Source: Gemmatimonadales bacterium (lineage in GTDB: Bacteria > Gemmatimonadota > Gemmatimonadetes > Gemmatimonadales > Gemmatimonadaceae). Taken from it: a stretch of 64,000 nt of DNA. The DNA lies in the NCBI GenBank assembly GCA_038234895.1, contig JBBQSM010000003.1, positions 9,542-73,541 on the forward strand. The letters run 5' to 3'. The notes beneath the pieces are model-generated. The model had not been told where the DNA came from, searched no databases, and saw nothing but the letters and a program-made list of their open reading frames with translations. Below, in pieces: positions 50,366 through 60,469 of this stretch. Within the stretch, counting starts at the first letter, position 1; every line of letters starts with the position of its first letter. Both the position numbers and the translations under genes were made by a program.

Positions 50366-53300
50366 ATGTTCTTCTCGCTTCGTGCCGCGCATCGCGCGCC
50401 CGGGTATCGTGCCACCGCGCAGGCGTCACGCCCCGCGATCGTTGGTGCGTTGATCGCTGCCGTATTCCTCGCCTCGTGCTCGGCCGCCGGCGATAGTCTC
50501 ACCGGTCCAACGCCACCCACCGGACCGTCCGGCCCCGGCGCTGCGGCGTTGATCGACATGTCGGTGCCCGCGGTGACACTCAACGCCGTCGGCGCGACGG
50601 AGAACATCACCGCCACCATCCGCGACGCAACCGGTCGCACGCTGTCCGCGCCGTCCGTTACCTGGACCAGCGAAAACCCCACCGTGGCCGACGTGGCCGG
50701 TGGCGGCGTCACCGCCGCGATCATCGCGCGCGCGCCGGGTGTCACGCGAATTCGCGCCGGCTCGGGCAATGCCGCCGCGTTCGTCGATGTGCGCGTGCTG
50801 GGCGTGCGCGGTTTGTCGATCGCACCCGCCGTGACCAGCGTGCGCGTGGGCGACCTGCAACCGCTCCGCGTCTCCTTCGTCGGCGACGCCGGAGCCTCGC
50901 AGTCCGTCCGCTGGGCCACGCTCAACCCGTCCATCGCGACCGTCGATGCGTCGGGCATTGTCACCGGCGTCGGCGTCGGCACCACCACCGTGCGCGTTTC
51001 CGCCGCGACCGATCCGAGCATCTTCGCGACCGCAGACATCACCGTGACGCCGCCCCGCGGCATCGCGCTGTCGCCGGGACTCGAGGCGCTCACCCTGTGG
51101 GTCGGCGACTCGCGCACCGTCCCCGTCGTCGTCGATCTCGATGCCACGCAAGTGCGCACCCTGCTGTGGGCCAGCGGCAATCCGTCGGTCGCCACGGTCA
51201 ACGCCGACGGTGCCATCACCGCCGTCGGGGTCGGCTCAACGCTTATTACGATCACCGCGCTCGCCGATCCGCGCGTCAAGGCGGAGCTGCTGCTCACGGT
51301 GCTGCCGGCCCGTCGTGTGCTGGTGAGTCCGGCCACGTTGGCCCTTGGTGTGCAACAGCAGGCCACGCTGGTTGCGTCGGTCACGCTCGAGCCGGGACTC
51401 AGCACAGCTGTGAACTGGACCACGAGCGATCCCTCAGTCGTCGCCGTGTCCGCCGCGGGGATCGTCACCGGCTATGACATCGGCGTCGCCGTCATTACCG
51501 CGACGTCCATTGCCGACCCTACCAAGTCGGGCACGTCAGTCGTCACGGTCACCTCGTCGGTCCGCTCAGTGTCGATTTCGCCAAGCAGCGTCTCGTCGTT
51601 CGTGGGCGATCAGGACCAGCTCACCGCCGATGTCGTCACCGATGGACCGATCGCGCGCACCGTCACGTGGCGTACCAGCAACGGCAACGTGGCCTTCGTC
51701 TCCTCTACGGGCGCGCTGTACTCGGTCAACCCCGGTACCGCCACTATCACCGCCATCTCCACCGTCGACACGACCAAGCGTGCCACCGCGCAGGTCATCG
51801 TGCTGCCGGCACCGCTCGTGGGCATCACGCCCGCGCAGGCCAGCATCGCCATCGGCGAGCAACGGACGTTCAGCGGGCGCGTCACCGTGGCAGCCGGATT
51901 GAGCACCGCCGTACTCTGGCGCTCAAGCGATCCGGGCGTCGCGACCGTCAGCCCCACCGGCATGGTCACCGGCGTAGGCGTTGGTACGACGTCGATCACC
52001 ATTCGCGCCGTCGCCGACACCACCAAGACAGCCACCGCGCTGCTTACGGTGATCCCGACCGTGCGCTCTGTGGCAATCACACCCAGCAACGCCGCCGGCG
52101 TGGTGGGCGACCAGTTGCAACTGACCGCCACCGTGGTGGCCGACGGAACGCTGTCGCGCGCCGTCACCTGGCGGACGAGTAATTCGCTCGTGGCCAGCGT
52201 GTCGGCGGCGGGCGTGGTGTCCATGATCGGCGGCGGCCAGGCCTCCATTACCGCGATCTCGGTCGCGGATACGACGAAGCAGGCCATCGCCTTTGTTAAC
52301 GTAGTCGCGCCGGGCGTGTCATCCGTCTCGCTCACACCCGCCGCCACCACGCTGTTCCCCAATGGTACGCAGCAGCTCAACGCAGTCGTCGTCGCAAGCG
52401 GTGGCCTGCCAACGTCGGTCAGCTTCCGCTCCAGCGCACCCGCGGTGGCGAGTGTGAACGGCGCCGGCCTGGTCACTGCCCATAGCGTGGGCTCCGTACT
52501 CATCACCGCGCTCAGCACCGCCGACACCACCAAGCGCGCCACCGCACAGATCACCGTCGCGCCGGCCGGCGTGCAGAGCATCACGCTCTCGCCGTCGAAC
52601 GCCTCGTTGATGATCGGACAGACCCAGGCGCTCGCCGCCGCCGTCACCACGACGGGCGGGCTGCCAACCACCGTGTCGTACCGCTCAAGCGCACCCGGCG
52701 TCGCCACGGTCAACGGCGCGGGCGTCGTGACCGCAGTCTCCAACGGGTCGACGGTCATCACTGCCATCGCCACCGCCGACACCACCAAGCAGGCAACGGC
52801 GAGCATCTCGGTCGCGGCCGCCATCGTGCAGAGCATCACGGTGTCCCCCTCCACCGCCGCTCTGCTGGTCGGTCAGTCGCAGGCCATCAGCGCGTCGGTG
52901 GTAACCACCGGCGGTCTCCCGACCACGGTCACCTTCCGCACCAGCGCGCCCGGTGTCGCGACAGTGAATGGGTCCGGCGTGGTGAGCGCCGTGGGTGCCG
53001 GGTCGGCCACGATCACCGCCATCGCCACCGCCGACACCACCAAGCAGGCGTCCGCCACAATCACCGTGACCGCGCCTGCAGTGAACACGATTACGATCTC
53101 GCCCACGACCGCGTCGCTGCTGATCGCGCAGACGCAGGCATTCTCCGCAACCGTCACCACCACGGGTGGTCTTCCCACCACCGTCACCTATCGCACCAAT
53201 GCTCCGGCCATCGCCACGGTCAACGGCACGGGCGTTGTCACCGCCGTCGGTGCGGGCTCGGCGACCATTACCGCCGTGTCCACCGCTGACACCACCAAGC

Positions 53301-55441
53301 GGGCGTCGGCTACCCTCACGGTCACCCCACGGCCGATCGTCGTCGCCGTGTCGCCACGTTCGGTCTCGCTCAGTGCGGGCGGAACCCAGCAGCTGACCGC
53401 CAGCGTCACCGGTGATCCGGGCATCAATACGGCGGTCACCTGGACGTCGTCGTCGGCAAGCGTCGCGTCGGTGAACGCGAGCGGTCTCGTCACCGCGGTG
53501 GCCTCGGGCTCCACGCTCATCACCGCCATCTCCGTTGCCGATCCGGCACGTCGTGATACGGTGACGGTGTCCGTCAGCACGTCGCAGCTCGCCACGAGCT
53601 GGTCCTCGGTGCGACTCGGTGGCGCACTCTACGAGGAGGTGCTGTCCACCGTCGGCTTTGGCACGACGTCGGCCTTCGCGGTGAACATCGTCGGTGACGT
53701 GTATCGCTTCGATGGCAGCAACTGGACCCTGTCAACCACCGGCGCGCAGCACGGCGGACGCTTTCAGGCGGTGCACGGGTCGTCGACCAGCAACGTCATC
53801 GCCGTCGGTACCAACGGCGCAGTGGCCCGCTTCAATGGCAGCAGCTGGACGACCATGTCGTCGGGTACGACGAACGCGTTGAACGACGTCTGGGTCGAAG
53901 GCACCAGCGCTGCGGTTGCCGTGGGAGGCAACGGGACGGCGATCCGCTTCAACGGCGCATCCTGGACCGCGACCACTACCGGCTCTGCCGCCACGCTGAA
54001 CGCGGTTTGGAGTACGGCCGGTACCTCCTTCGCCGTGGGTGGCGCGGGAGAGGTACTGCGCTTCAGCGGCGGCGTCTGGACGCCGCTCACCTCGAACACC
54101 TCGGAAACGCTGTACGGTGTCTCCGGCACGTCGGTGAACAACGTCGTCGCGGTGGGCAGCGTCGGCACGATCGTGCGCTTCGACGGGACGGCGTGGGCGA
54201 TCGTCCCCAACAGCGTCAGCGCGGCGGATCTGTACGCGGTGGATGGCACGTCGGCGAACAACGGACGCATGTACATCGGCGGTGACGCCGGCCTGTTGCA
54301 ACTCGACGGCAGCTCGATCGTGCAGGTGACCACGCCGTACCGCCCGCGCCTCACCGCGGTCTCCGCTGACGCGATCGGCACGGTCTGGGTGGGCGGACAG
54401 CGCGGCGCGGTCATGCGCGCCAGTGGCGGCAGCTGGACCACGGTCAACCTCGCGCCCGATCTGCTCGATGTCTGGAGCTCGTCGTCGACGAACGCGTGGA
54501 CGGTCGGCGAGTTCGGTTTCATCTATCGCTGGAACGGCAGCGCCTGGACGAGGCAGACAACCCCCACCACCGCCACGCTCAACACCGTGTGGGCCGCGAG
54601 CGCCACCGACGCTTTCGCCGGCGGTGAAAACGGCACCCTGCTGCGCTTCAACGGCAGCAGCTGGGCCGCGATGAGCTTCCCCTCCACGGGCACCGTCACG
54701 GGCCTCTGGGGTTCGAGCAGCAGTAACGTCTACGCCACGACGTCGAGCGGACAGGTGCTGCGCTTCACCGGCGCCACGTGGTCGGTCGTGGCCACCAACG
54801 CCACGCCGCTCTGGGGCGTCTTCGGTCTCGCCTCAGGTGAGGTCTATGTGAGCGGCGACGGTGGCGCGCTCCTCCGCTTTAACGGCTCCGGCTGGACGTC
54901 GTCGTCACCCACCGGCAGCGGCACACTCGCCGGCGTGTGGGGGAGCACGAACAGCAATCTCCTGTCGGTCGGAGTAGATGCCTCGGGCGCGGCGGGCTTC
55001 GCCTTCCGCTTCAGCGGATCGGCTTGGTCGCCGGTCAGCGTGGGCACGACGCGTCTGCTCACGTCGGTGTGGGGGCCGGCACAGAACGACGTCTACGTCA
55101 CCGGCGATCTGGGCACGATCCTGCGCTTCGATGGCGCCGCGTGGCAGATGATGACCACCGGCACGACCGACCTGCTCTGGAGCGTCACCGGCGCGCCCAC
55201 CGGCTCGGGCGGCGCCTTCGCCGTGGGCTACAACAGCACGTTGGCGACAGGCACGGGCGCCTCGAACTTCCAGAGCGCCGCGATGCGCACGATCACCCGC
55301 GGCTCGCTCGAACCCTCGGCGGCGGCACGCACGCCGCGCGGACGCCTGCAGCCACTCCCGGAAGGGCAAGCGCGCCGTCTGCGGAAGACGGCGCGGGCGG
55401 CGATGGTCGCCCCGGCCCGGGCGGCGGTGCTTAAGCGCTGA
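50366..55441 (+). CDS. Surface lipoprotein paralog: 12 Big_2 Ig-like domains + 14-blade beta-propeller region
   Basis: LASC lipobox; twelve Big_2-type repeats; propeller collinear with upstream paralog (NLAPDLLDVWS..VGEFGFIYRW shared); GAGG before ATG 50366. Confidence 0.88.
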   Translation: MFFSLRAAHRAPGYRATAQASRPAIVGALIAAVFLASCSAAGDSLTGPTPPTGPSGPGAAALIDMSVPAVTLNAVGATENITATIRDATGRTLSAPSVTWTSENPTVADVAGGGVTAAIIARAPGVTRIRAGSGNAAAFVDVRVLGVRGLSIAPAVTSVRVGDLQPLRVSFVGDAGASQSVRWATLNPSIATVDASGIVTGVGVGTTTVRVSAATDPSIFATADITVTPPRGIALSPGLEALTLWVGDSRTVPVVVDLDATQVRTLLWASGNPSVATVNADGAITAVGVGSTLITITALADPRVKAELLLTVLPARRVLVSPATLALGVQQQATLVASVTLEPGLSTAVNWTTSDPSVVAVSAAGIVTGYDIGVAVITATSIADPTKSGTSVVTVTSSVRSVSISPSSVSSFVGDQDQLTADVVTDGPIARTVTWRTSNGNVAFVSSTGALYSVNPGTATITAISTVDTTKRATAQVIVLPAPLVGITPAQASIAIGEQRTFSGRVTVAAGLSTAVLWRSSDPGVATVSPTGMVTGVGVGTTSITIRAVADTTKTATALLTVIPTVRSVAITPSNAAGVVGDQLQLTATVVADGTLSRAVTWRTSNSLVASVSAAGVVSMIGGGQASITAISVADTTKQAIAFVNVVAPGVSSVSLTPAATTLFPNGTQQLNAVVVASGGLPTSVSFRSSAPAVASVNGAGLVTAHSVGSVLITALSTADTTKRATAQITVAPAGVQSITLSPSNASLMIGQTQALAAAVTTTGGLPTTVSYRSSAPGVATVNGAGVVTAVSNGSTVITAIATADTTKQATASISVAAAIVQSITVSPSTAALLVGQSQAISASVVTTGGLPTTVTFRTSAPGVATVNGSGVVSAVGAGSATITAIATADTTKQASATITVTAPAVNTITISPTTASLLIAQTQAFSATVTTTGGLPTTVTYRTNAPAIATVNGTGVVTAVGAGSATITAVSTADTTKRASATLTVTPRPIVVAVSPRSVSLSAGGTQQLTASVTGDPGINTAVTWTSSSASVASVNASGLVTAVASGSTLITAISVADPARRDTVTVSVSTSQLATSWSSVRLGGALYEEVLSTVGFGTTSAFAVNIVGDVYRFDGSNWTLSTTGAQHGGRFQAVHGSSTSNVIAVGTNGAVARFNGSSWTTMSSGTTNALNDVWVEGTSAAVAVGGNGTAIRFNGASWTATTTGSAATLNAVWSTAGTSFAVGGAGEVLRFSGGVWTPLTSNTSETLYGVSGTSVNNVVAVGSVGTIVRFDGTAWAIVPNSVSAADLYAVDGTSANNGRMYIGGDAGLLQLDGSSIVQVTTPYRPRLTAVSADAIGTVWVGGQRGAVMRASGGSWTTVNLAPDLLDVWSSSSTNAWTVGEFGFIYRWNGSAWTRQTTPTTATLNTVWAASATDAFAGGENGTLLRFNGSSWAAMSFPSTGTVTGLWGSSSSNVYATTSSGQVLRFTGATWSVVATNATPLWGVFGLASGEVYVSGDGGALLRFNGSGWTSSSPTGSGTLAGVWGSTNSNLLSVGVDASGAAGFAFRFSGSAWSPVSVGTTRLLTSVWGPAQNDVYVTGDLGTILRFDGAAWQMMTTGTTDLLWSVTGAPTGSGGAFAVGYNSTLATGTGASNFQSAAMRTITRGSLEPSAAARTPRGRLQPLPEGQARRLRKTARAAMVAPARAAVLKR

Positions 55442-55457
55442 ACATGACCGACCCGCG

Positions 55458-57122
55458 TCAGTCGCGGGAGAAGGCCGCCATCGTGGGGCCCATCGCATCG
55501 ATCGTTTCGCGCGCATGCCAACGATCGGTGCCGTTGTAGAGGAACGCGAAGGCCAGAATCTCACCGTTCTCCGCGGTCACGTAGCCGGAGAGTCCGATCA
55601 CTTCGTTGGTCGTGCCCGTCTTGGCATGCAGGTTCCCCTGCGCCGGCGTGGCGCGCATGCGATTGCGCAGCAGCTCCGACTCGCCCGCCACGGGCAGCGA
55701 CGCGTGAAAGGCACTCCCCCAGCGCGCACCGTGCGCGTGCGACAGGAGTTGCACCAGCGATCTCGGCGTGACACGGTCGAGCACCGACAAGCCGCTGCCA
55801 TCGCTGGCGCTCACCGCCGTGGCCGACGCGCCCACCTGCGACACAAGAAAATCCTGCAGCGTCGCATTGGCCGTTTGCGCGGAGCCGATGGCACTCCGGT
55901 CCACGCCACGCGCCGCATCGCGCCACAGCAATTCCGCGTAGTGATTGATGCTCTCGCGATTCATCACGGACACCAGGCGGGCCAGTGGTGGCGACGTCAG
56001 ACTCGAAACACGTGTCGACGTGGTAGACGCCGTGCCGGCGCGGATCTCGCCTTCGATCACAATGCCCTGCGCCTCCAGCGCCGCGCGAAAGGCACCGGCC
56101 GCGAACGCTGGGGGATCGCTGACGACCAGCTGGTAGCGCACGCCCGCGGACCGCGCACCGATCGTTCCGGACACCGTAACCTGATCGTCGCCGACGCTCC
56201 GCGCCGTGATGCGCGCCCCCGTGCCCGCGACCACACGCACGGTGTTCGTGATGGTCATGCCGCGTGTCGCTGGCTCGAGATACACGTTGGCCTTGCCGTT
56301 CCCCTCGGGCGTGACGCCCACAATGACGATGTTCTCGTTGAGCGAAAGCGCCGAGAATGGCGCGGCGTAGCCGGCGCCGGCGTAGCGCGTGAGCCACCCG
56401 TCCGGGATGCGTCGCGACTCAAAGCCGGAAGCGTCGGCCACGAGATCGCCGGTCACGCGTGTCACGCCCGCCCCTTTGGTGAAACGCGCGAGCATTGCCA
56501 TCGAGGCGTCGGGACCGCCGGGGATAAACCGCTGTGAGAGTGACGGATCGCCATCGCCGCGCAGCACCAGATTGCCGCGCACCGTGCCGTCGGCCTCGAG
56601 CGGGCCGTCGCGCAGCACTTCTGTACTGAACGTGTGATCAGGGCCCAGCCTTTCCAGCGCGATCGCCGACGTGAACAGCTTCATCGTCGATGCGGGAACC
56701 ATACGCTCGTCGGGATCGTGCGCGAACAGCGTGTCACCGCGCGACAACGACACAACCATTGCTCCCCACGTGCCACGCGTGGTGCGACTGCCCAGCAACG
56801 CCGCGAGATCGCCCCGCAACGCCTCTCCGCCGCGCGGGACAGTAAAGCGCAACACGGGGACGACAGGCGCACGGGTCGCACGAACGGGACGACTCGTTGT
56901 CTTGCGCGTGCTCGTCTTTCGCGCAGACGGCTTGCGTGCGGTCGGCTTTTTCACGGCCCGCTTGGCGCCTGTCGCTTGCAACAGGGGCAGGGCGTGCAGC
57001 GGCAGGGCGTGCAGCGGCTCACGTACGAGCGGCGAGACGGCGAGCGCCGCGGCAAGAAACAGCAGCGACAGCGGCGGCGTGGAGCGCCGCGCGGACAGTG
57101 ATCGGGCGATGCGATGTATCAT
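55458..57122 (-). CDS. dacB: D-Ala-D-Ala carboxypeptidase/endopeptidase PBP4 (peptidase S13)
   Basis: PASTMK (SxxK); GDGDP; ESIN (SxN); DGSGLS; AKTGT; start ATG 57122 or GTG 57125. Confidence 0.93.
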   Translation of the reverse strand: MIHRIARSLSARRSTPPLSLLFLAAALAVSPLVREPLHALPLHALPLLQATGAKRAVKKPTARKPSARKTSTRKTTSRPVRATRAPVVPVLRFTVPRGGEALRGDLAALLGSRTTRGTWGAMVVSLSRGDTLFAHDPDERMVPASTMKLFTSAIALERLGPDHTFSTEVLRDGPLEADGTVRGNLVLRGDGDPSLSQRFIPGGPDASMAMLARFTKGAGVTRVTGDLVADASGFESRRIPDGWLTRYAGAGYAAPFSALSLNENIVIVGVTPEGNGKANVYLEPATRGMTITNTVRVVAGTGARITARSVGDDQVTVSGTIGARSAGVRYQLVVSDPPAFAAGAFRAALEAQGIVIEGEIRAGTASTTSTRVSSLTSPPLARLVSVMNRESINHYAELLWRDAARGVDRSAIGSAQTANATLQDFLVSQVGASATAVSASDGSGLSVLDRVTPRSLVQLLSHAHGARWGSAFHASLPVAGESELLRNRMRATPAQGNLHAKTGTTNEVIGLSGYVTAENGEILAFAFLYNGTDRWHARETIDAMGPTMAAFSRD

Positions 57123-57125
57123 CAC

Positions 57126-57136
57126 AACCCAGTGTA
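57126..57136 (-). promoter_or_regulatory. Putative -10 box of leaderless dacB promoter (TACACT-N5-GTG)
   Basis: Minus strand reads TACACTgggttGTGATG. Confidence 0.45.
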
Positions 57137-57191
57137 TTGGAAGCGCACGGACACGTCGAGAGGGCACACCACGTCAACGCATAATTCTGCG

Positions 57192-58385
57192 TCAGACCTT
57201 GAGCACGATCCCGCGTTTCCACGCGCCCCACAGGATGACGAACCACAGCGTGACAAAGCTGACAGCGTACGCCAGCGAAGCCTCACGGGGCGGCAGCAAC
57301 GGCGCATACACGCTCTTGTAGACGAGACCCTGCACGGAGAGGCGAGTTCCGTCTTCCTGCGCAATCGTCCAGATGGACGCGATGATGCGCGCCATCAGAC
57401 CGGAGCCGAGAAACGCCAGCATCGGGTTCATCCCATACACGACGAACGGAAACGTCCACCGTCTCCACTGCATCACGTCGATGAGCCAGAGACAGGTCGC
57501 CAACGTCACGGCACCCGTCCCCGCCGTGAACACGACGTACGAGCTGCTCCAGATGCTCTTGTTGATCGGAAAGCCCCAGTGCCACACCAACCCCGCCATC
57601 ATCGCCAATGCGCCCACCGAGAAGAGCGCCGCCAATCGTTCGGTGAGCGGCCGTTGCTGCTCGCTGATCCAGCGCCCTGCGAACGTGCCCATAAGCATCG
57701 TCCCGATCGCCGGTAACGTGCTGAGCAGCCCCTCAGGGTCCCACGTCTTGGTGCCGGAATAGAGATGGTTCATGCCAAACACGGTGCGATCGAGCCACGC
57801 ACTGAGCAACTGGTCGGGCTTGTCGGCCACGAACCGTCCCGCGATGCCGGTGTCGGGCACCGGCACGAGCGTCATCAGCGCCCAGTAGCCAAAGAGCAGC
57901 ACGGCCAGCAACACGAGCTGCTGCTTCCACGAGGTGCGGAACGTCAACAGCGCTCCACACAGATAGGACACGCCGATGCGCTGCAGCACCCCCATGATCC
58001 GCAGATGTTCGAAGCGGTAGACGACCCGGTCGAGGAACGACGGATCGGGCATGTCGGGGATCGCCGTCCAGGTGAAGTACGGAAACGCGGACAGCGCGAG
58101 ACCGAACAAAAAGATCAGCGTACCGCGACGCAGAATCTGCCGCATGATCGCGCGGTCGCTGTCTCCCCGCGCCCGGCGCACCCGGAGCGACAGCTCGGTG
58201 GTGATGCCGACGATGAAGAGAAAGAACGGAAAAATGAGATCGGTCGGAGTCCACCCGTTCCACGGCGCATGCGCGAGTGGCGGAAAGATTGCGCTCCACG
58301 TCCCGGGATTGTTGACCAGCAGCATGCCGGCCACGGTCATACCGCGAAAGACGTCGAGCGCAAGCAACCGCTCAGCTTTCGCCAT
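57192..58385 (-). CDS. NagX/HGSNAT-like membrane acyltransferase
   Basis: RLLALDVFRG; LVNNPG; HAPWNG..DLIFPFFLFIVG; GVLQRIG; DPEGLLS; PINKSIWSSS. Confidence 0.88.
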   Translation of the reverse strand: MAKAERLLALDVFRGMTVAGMLLVNNPGTWSAIFPPLAHAPWNGWTPTDLIFPFFLFIVGITTELSLRVRRARGDSDRAIMRQILRRGTLIFLFGLALSAFPYFTWTAIPDMPDPSFLDRVVYRFEHLRIMGVLQRIGVSYLCGALLTFRTSWKQQLVLLAVLLFGYWALMTLVPVPDTGIAGRFVADKPDQLLSAWLDRTVFGMNHLYSGTKTWDPEGLLSTLPAIGTMLMGTFAGRWISEQQRPLTERLAALFSVGALAMMAGLVWHWGFPINKSIWSSSYVVFTAGTGAVTLATCLWLIDVMQWRRWTFPFVVYGMNPMLAFLGSGLMARIIASIWTIAQEDGTRLSVQGLVYKSVYAPLLPPREASLAYAVSFVTLWFVILWGAWKRGIVLKV

Positions 58386-58972
58386 CAGCGCGCCGAATCG
58401 ACGGTGGTCGTCGCCACTTTCCATCGCGTCGAATCGCACCGCACGCCATACGTCTTGGCCGCAGCACGCTTGCCTTCATGCTCGCCGCCGATGTACTGCC
58501 CGCCCAGCGTGATGGTGACGTCGTTGCCGTCGGCCGTTTCGGTCTTCCCCTTGAAGAGCACGAGCAGCGAAGCGTACGGGCCCACCGAGGCAAGCTTTTC
58601 GCGGATCTTGCGCTGCGCGGTGGAATCGCCGCCGTAGAAGTACGTCGGCCCCTTGTCCTGCAGCACCTTGAACCCGTCCTCCGGCACGGCCGAGTCGGTC
58701 CCCGCTGCACTCAGATACCGCTGCGGCGTGGGCGACGCGGTCGTGATATACTCGCGCACCGCCACCATGACAGCGGTCGTATCGGCCTCCGCGCACGACG
58801 ACAGGACGGCATCGTCCTTTCCGACCGCCGCCTTGTCGCCGCCGCCGCATGCATTCAACAGCAGGGCGATCACAGCCAGCGCAATCCCGGACCCGGCGGC
58901 CCGGCAACCGGGCGTGCGTACGGCGGAACCGCCCGAGGCGGAGAGACGTGGGGGAGCGATGCGTACGGGCAT
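58385..58972 (-). CDS. Hypothetical lipoprotein
   Basis: LLNAC lipobox; TGATG-coupled to the downstream gene; start uncertain. Confidence 0.7.
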   Translation of the reverse strand: MPVRIAPPRLSASGGSAVRTPGCRAAGSGIALAVIALLLNACGGGDKAAVGKDDAVLSSCAEADTTAVMVAVREYITTASPTPQRYLSAAGTDSAVPEDGFKVLQDKGPTYFYGGDSTAQRKIREKLASVGPYASLLVLFKGKTETADGNDVTITLGGQYIGGEHEGKRAAAKTYGVRCDSTRWKVATTTVDSAR

Positions 58973-59185
58973 GAGAATGAGGAGCGGAAGTGGGACGCTA
59001 CCGGGGAAACGACGAGCCCGGCGCGGGGTACTATCACAGGACTCTGGCGGAAGCTCGCGCAAGTGCGAATATAATGTCGTCGATCATCGCGGACCCCGCC
59101 GTTCCCTCCCTACCGTCCGCGACACGCCATCGCGATTTCTCGCGTCTCCTCCCTCCGAACCGTTTCGACAGGAGCAAGGCACCAC

Positions 59186-59677
59186 ATGCCCACAAGCAAC
59201 AGAGTTATCCGCGAGGGGATCTCGGCCGGCCTTATCGGCGCCACCTCTATCGCGATATGGTTCGCCATCCTCGACGCCGTTCGCGGTGACTTACTGGCCA
59301 CGCCGGTGATGCTCGGCAAGTCGTTCGGCTCGCTCTTCCTCGCCAATATCGAGCCGAGTTTTGCCGCATCGTTCCTTGGCTACACCGTGCTCCACTTCGC
59401 CCTGTTCACGCTGATCGGCATCGTCTTCTCGTGGGTCGTCAACGCTGCAGAAGAGACGCCGTCGGTCTTTATCGGCTTTCTCGGTCTGGTCGTCGTGTTC
59501 GAGGTGGGCTGGATCGGCTGGACCACGGTGCTGTCGCAGGGCTTTGGCGAGTTGACCTGGCTGCAAGTGTTCATCGCGAACCTGATCGGTGCCGCCGCCA
59601 TGGGCTTCTACATGTGGCGTCAGCATCCCGCGCTGCCCACGCGTGTGGGCCGCGTCCTCGCCGGCGGCCTGGAGTAG
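59186..59677 (+). CDS. Hypothetical multi-TM membrane protein
   Basis: AGGAG RBS; about four hydrophobic helices; YTVLHF motif. Confidence 0.8.
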   Translation: MPTSNRVIREGISAGLIGATSIAIWFAILDAVRGDLLATPVMLGKSFGSLFLANIEPSFAASFLGYTVLHFALFTLIGIVFSWVVNAAEETPSVFIGFLGLVVVFEVGWIGWTTVLSQGFGELTWLQVFIANLIGAAAMGFYMWRQHPALPTRVGRVLAGGLE

Positions 59678-59728
59678 GGACCGCCGCGCAAGTCAGGCGG
59701 TTGGTCGTCTCGCCGGTTACTCCTCGAC

Positions 59729-60469
59729 TTACTCGTCGAGCATCACGGCCAACCGCTCCAATGAACCACGCCATGCCTGCCGCGCGCGCTCGGCCGCGGC
59801 AGCGTCGGCGATTTTGGATTGCTCCAGATTCACCAGCGTGCGCGTATTTCCCTGCCGCTGAATGGCCACCGACACCACGCTGCCGTCGGGCATCGCCAAT
59901 TTCAGCATGCGCGGTGCAACCGCAGCTTGCACGCTGTACAGCCGCTCGTGCATCCAGCCGCGGCGCGTGGGATCGTTGAAAGCGCGAAACACGCCGGAGA
60001 CCGAGGCATCCATGGTACGGGTGGACGTGATACTCAGCCCTGTCGCCTTGTCGCGCAGTCCGCGCGCCTCTTCGTATCCGGTCGCGACACGCTCGCTCCA
60101 GGTGTCGTGCAGTTTGTACTCGCCGCGCAGATGCGTCACTAACTCCTTGTGCGTCATGCGGCGACCGTCATCGGCATCCAGGGCCGCGACCCACGCGTCC
60201 CATCCCTTGCCGGTGCCCTGCTCCACCGCCGCCGACACGATGCCATGCAGCGTGCGCGGACCGTCGGCTGGCGTCGCTGGCTTGGGGGCAACCACGGCAG
60301 AGGGCGCCACGTAGACCGATCGCTTGGGCGCTTCCGACTGCTGCCACGCGGTGGGCTTCTTGCCCCCTCTCTCCGCCGCAACGCGTGCCGCCTTGCCGAA
60401 CTTGGTCTCGGTCGCCTTCACCGTCTTCTTGCTGGCGCGCTTTCCGCTCGACGGCTTTCTGGCTGGCAT
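59729..60469 (-). CDS. Hypothetical protein (basic N-tail, DUF4287-like TGKGWxxW segment, SRPBCC/AHSA1-like C-terminus)
   Basis: GTGKGWDAWVAALD..HKELVTHL; SITSTRT..VFRAFNDP..W..W..LERL; TAATG-coupled to ctaG. Confidence 0.7.
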   Translation of the reverse strand: MPARKPSSGKRASKKTVKATETKFGKAARVAAERGGKKPTAWQQSEAPKRSVYVAPSAVVAPKPATPADGPRTLHGIVSAAVEQGTGKGWDAWVAALDADDGRRMTHKELVTHLRGEYKLHDTWSERVATGYEEARGLRDKATGLSITSTRTMDASVSGVFRAFNDPTRRGWMHERLYSVQAAVAPRMLKLAMPDGSVVSVAIQRQGNTRTLVNLEQSKIADAAAAERARQAWRGSLERLAVMLDE

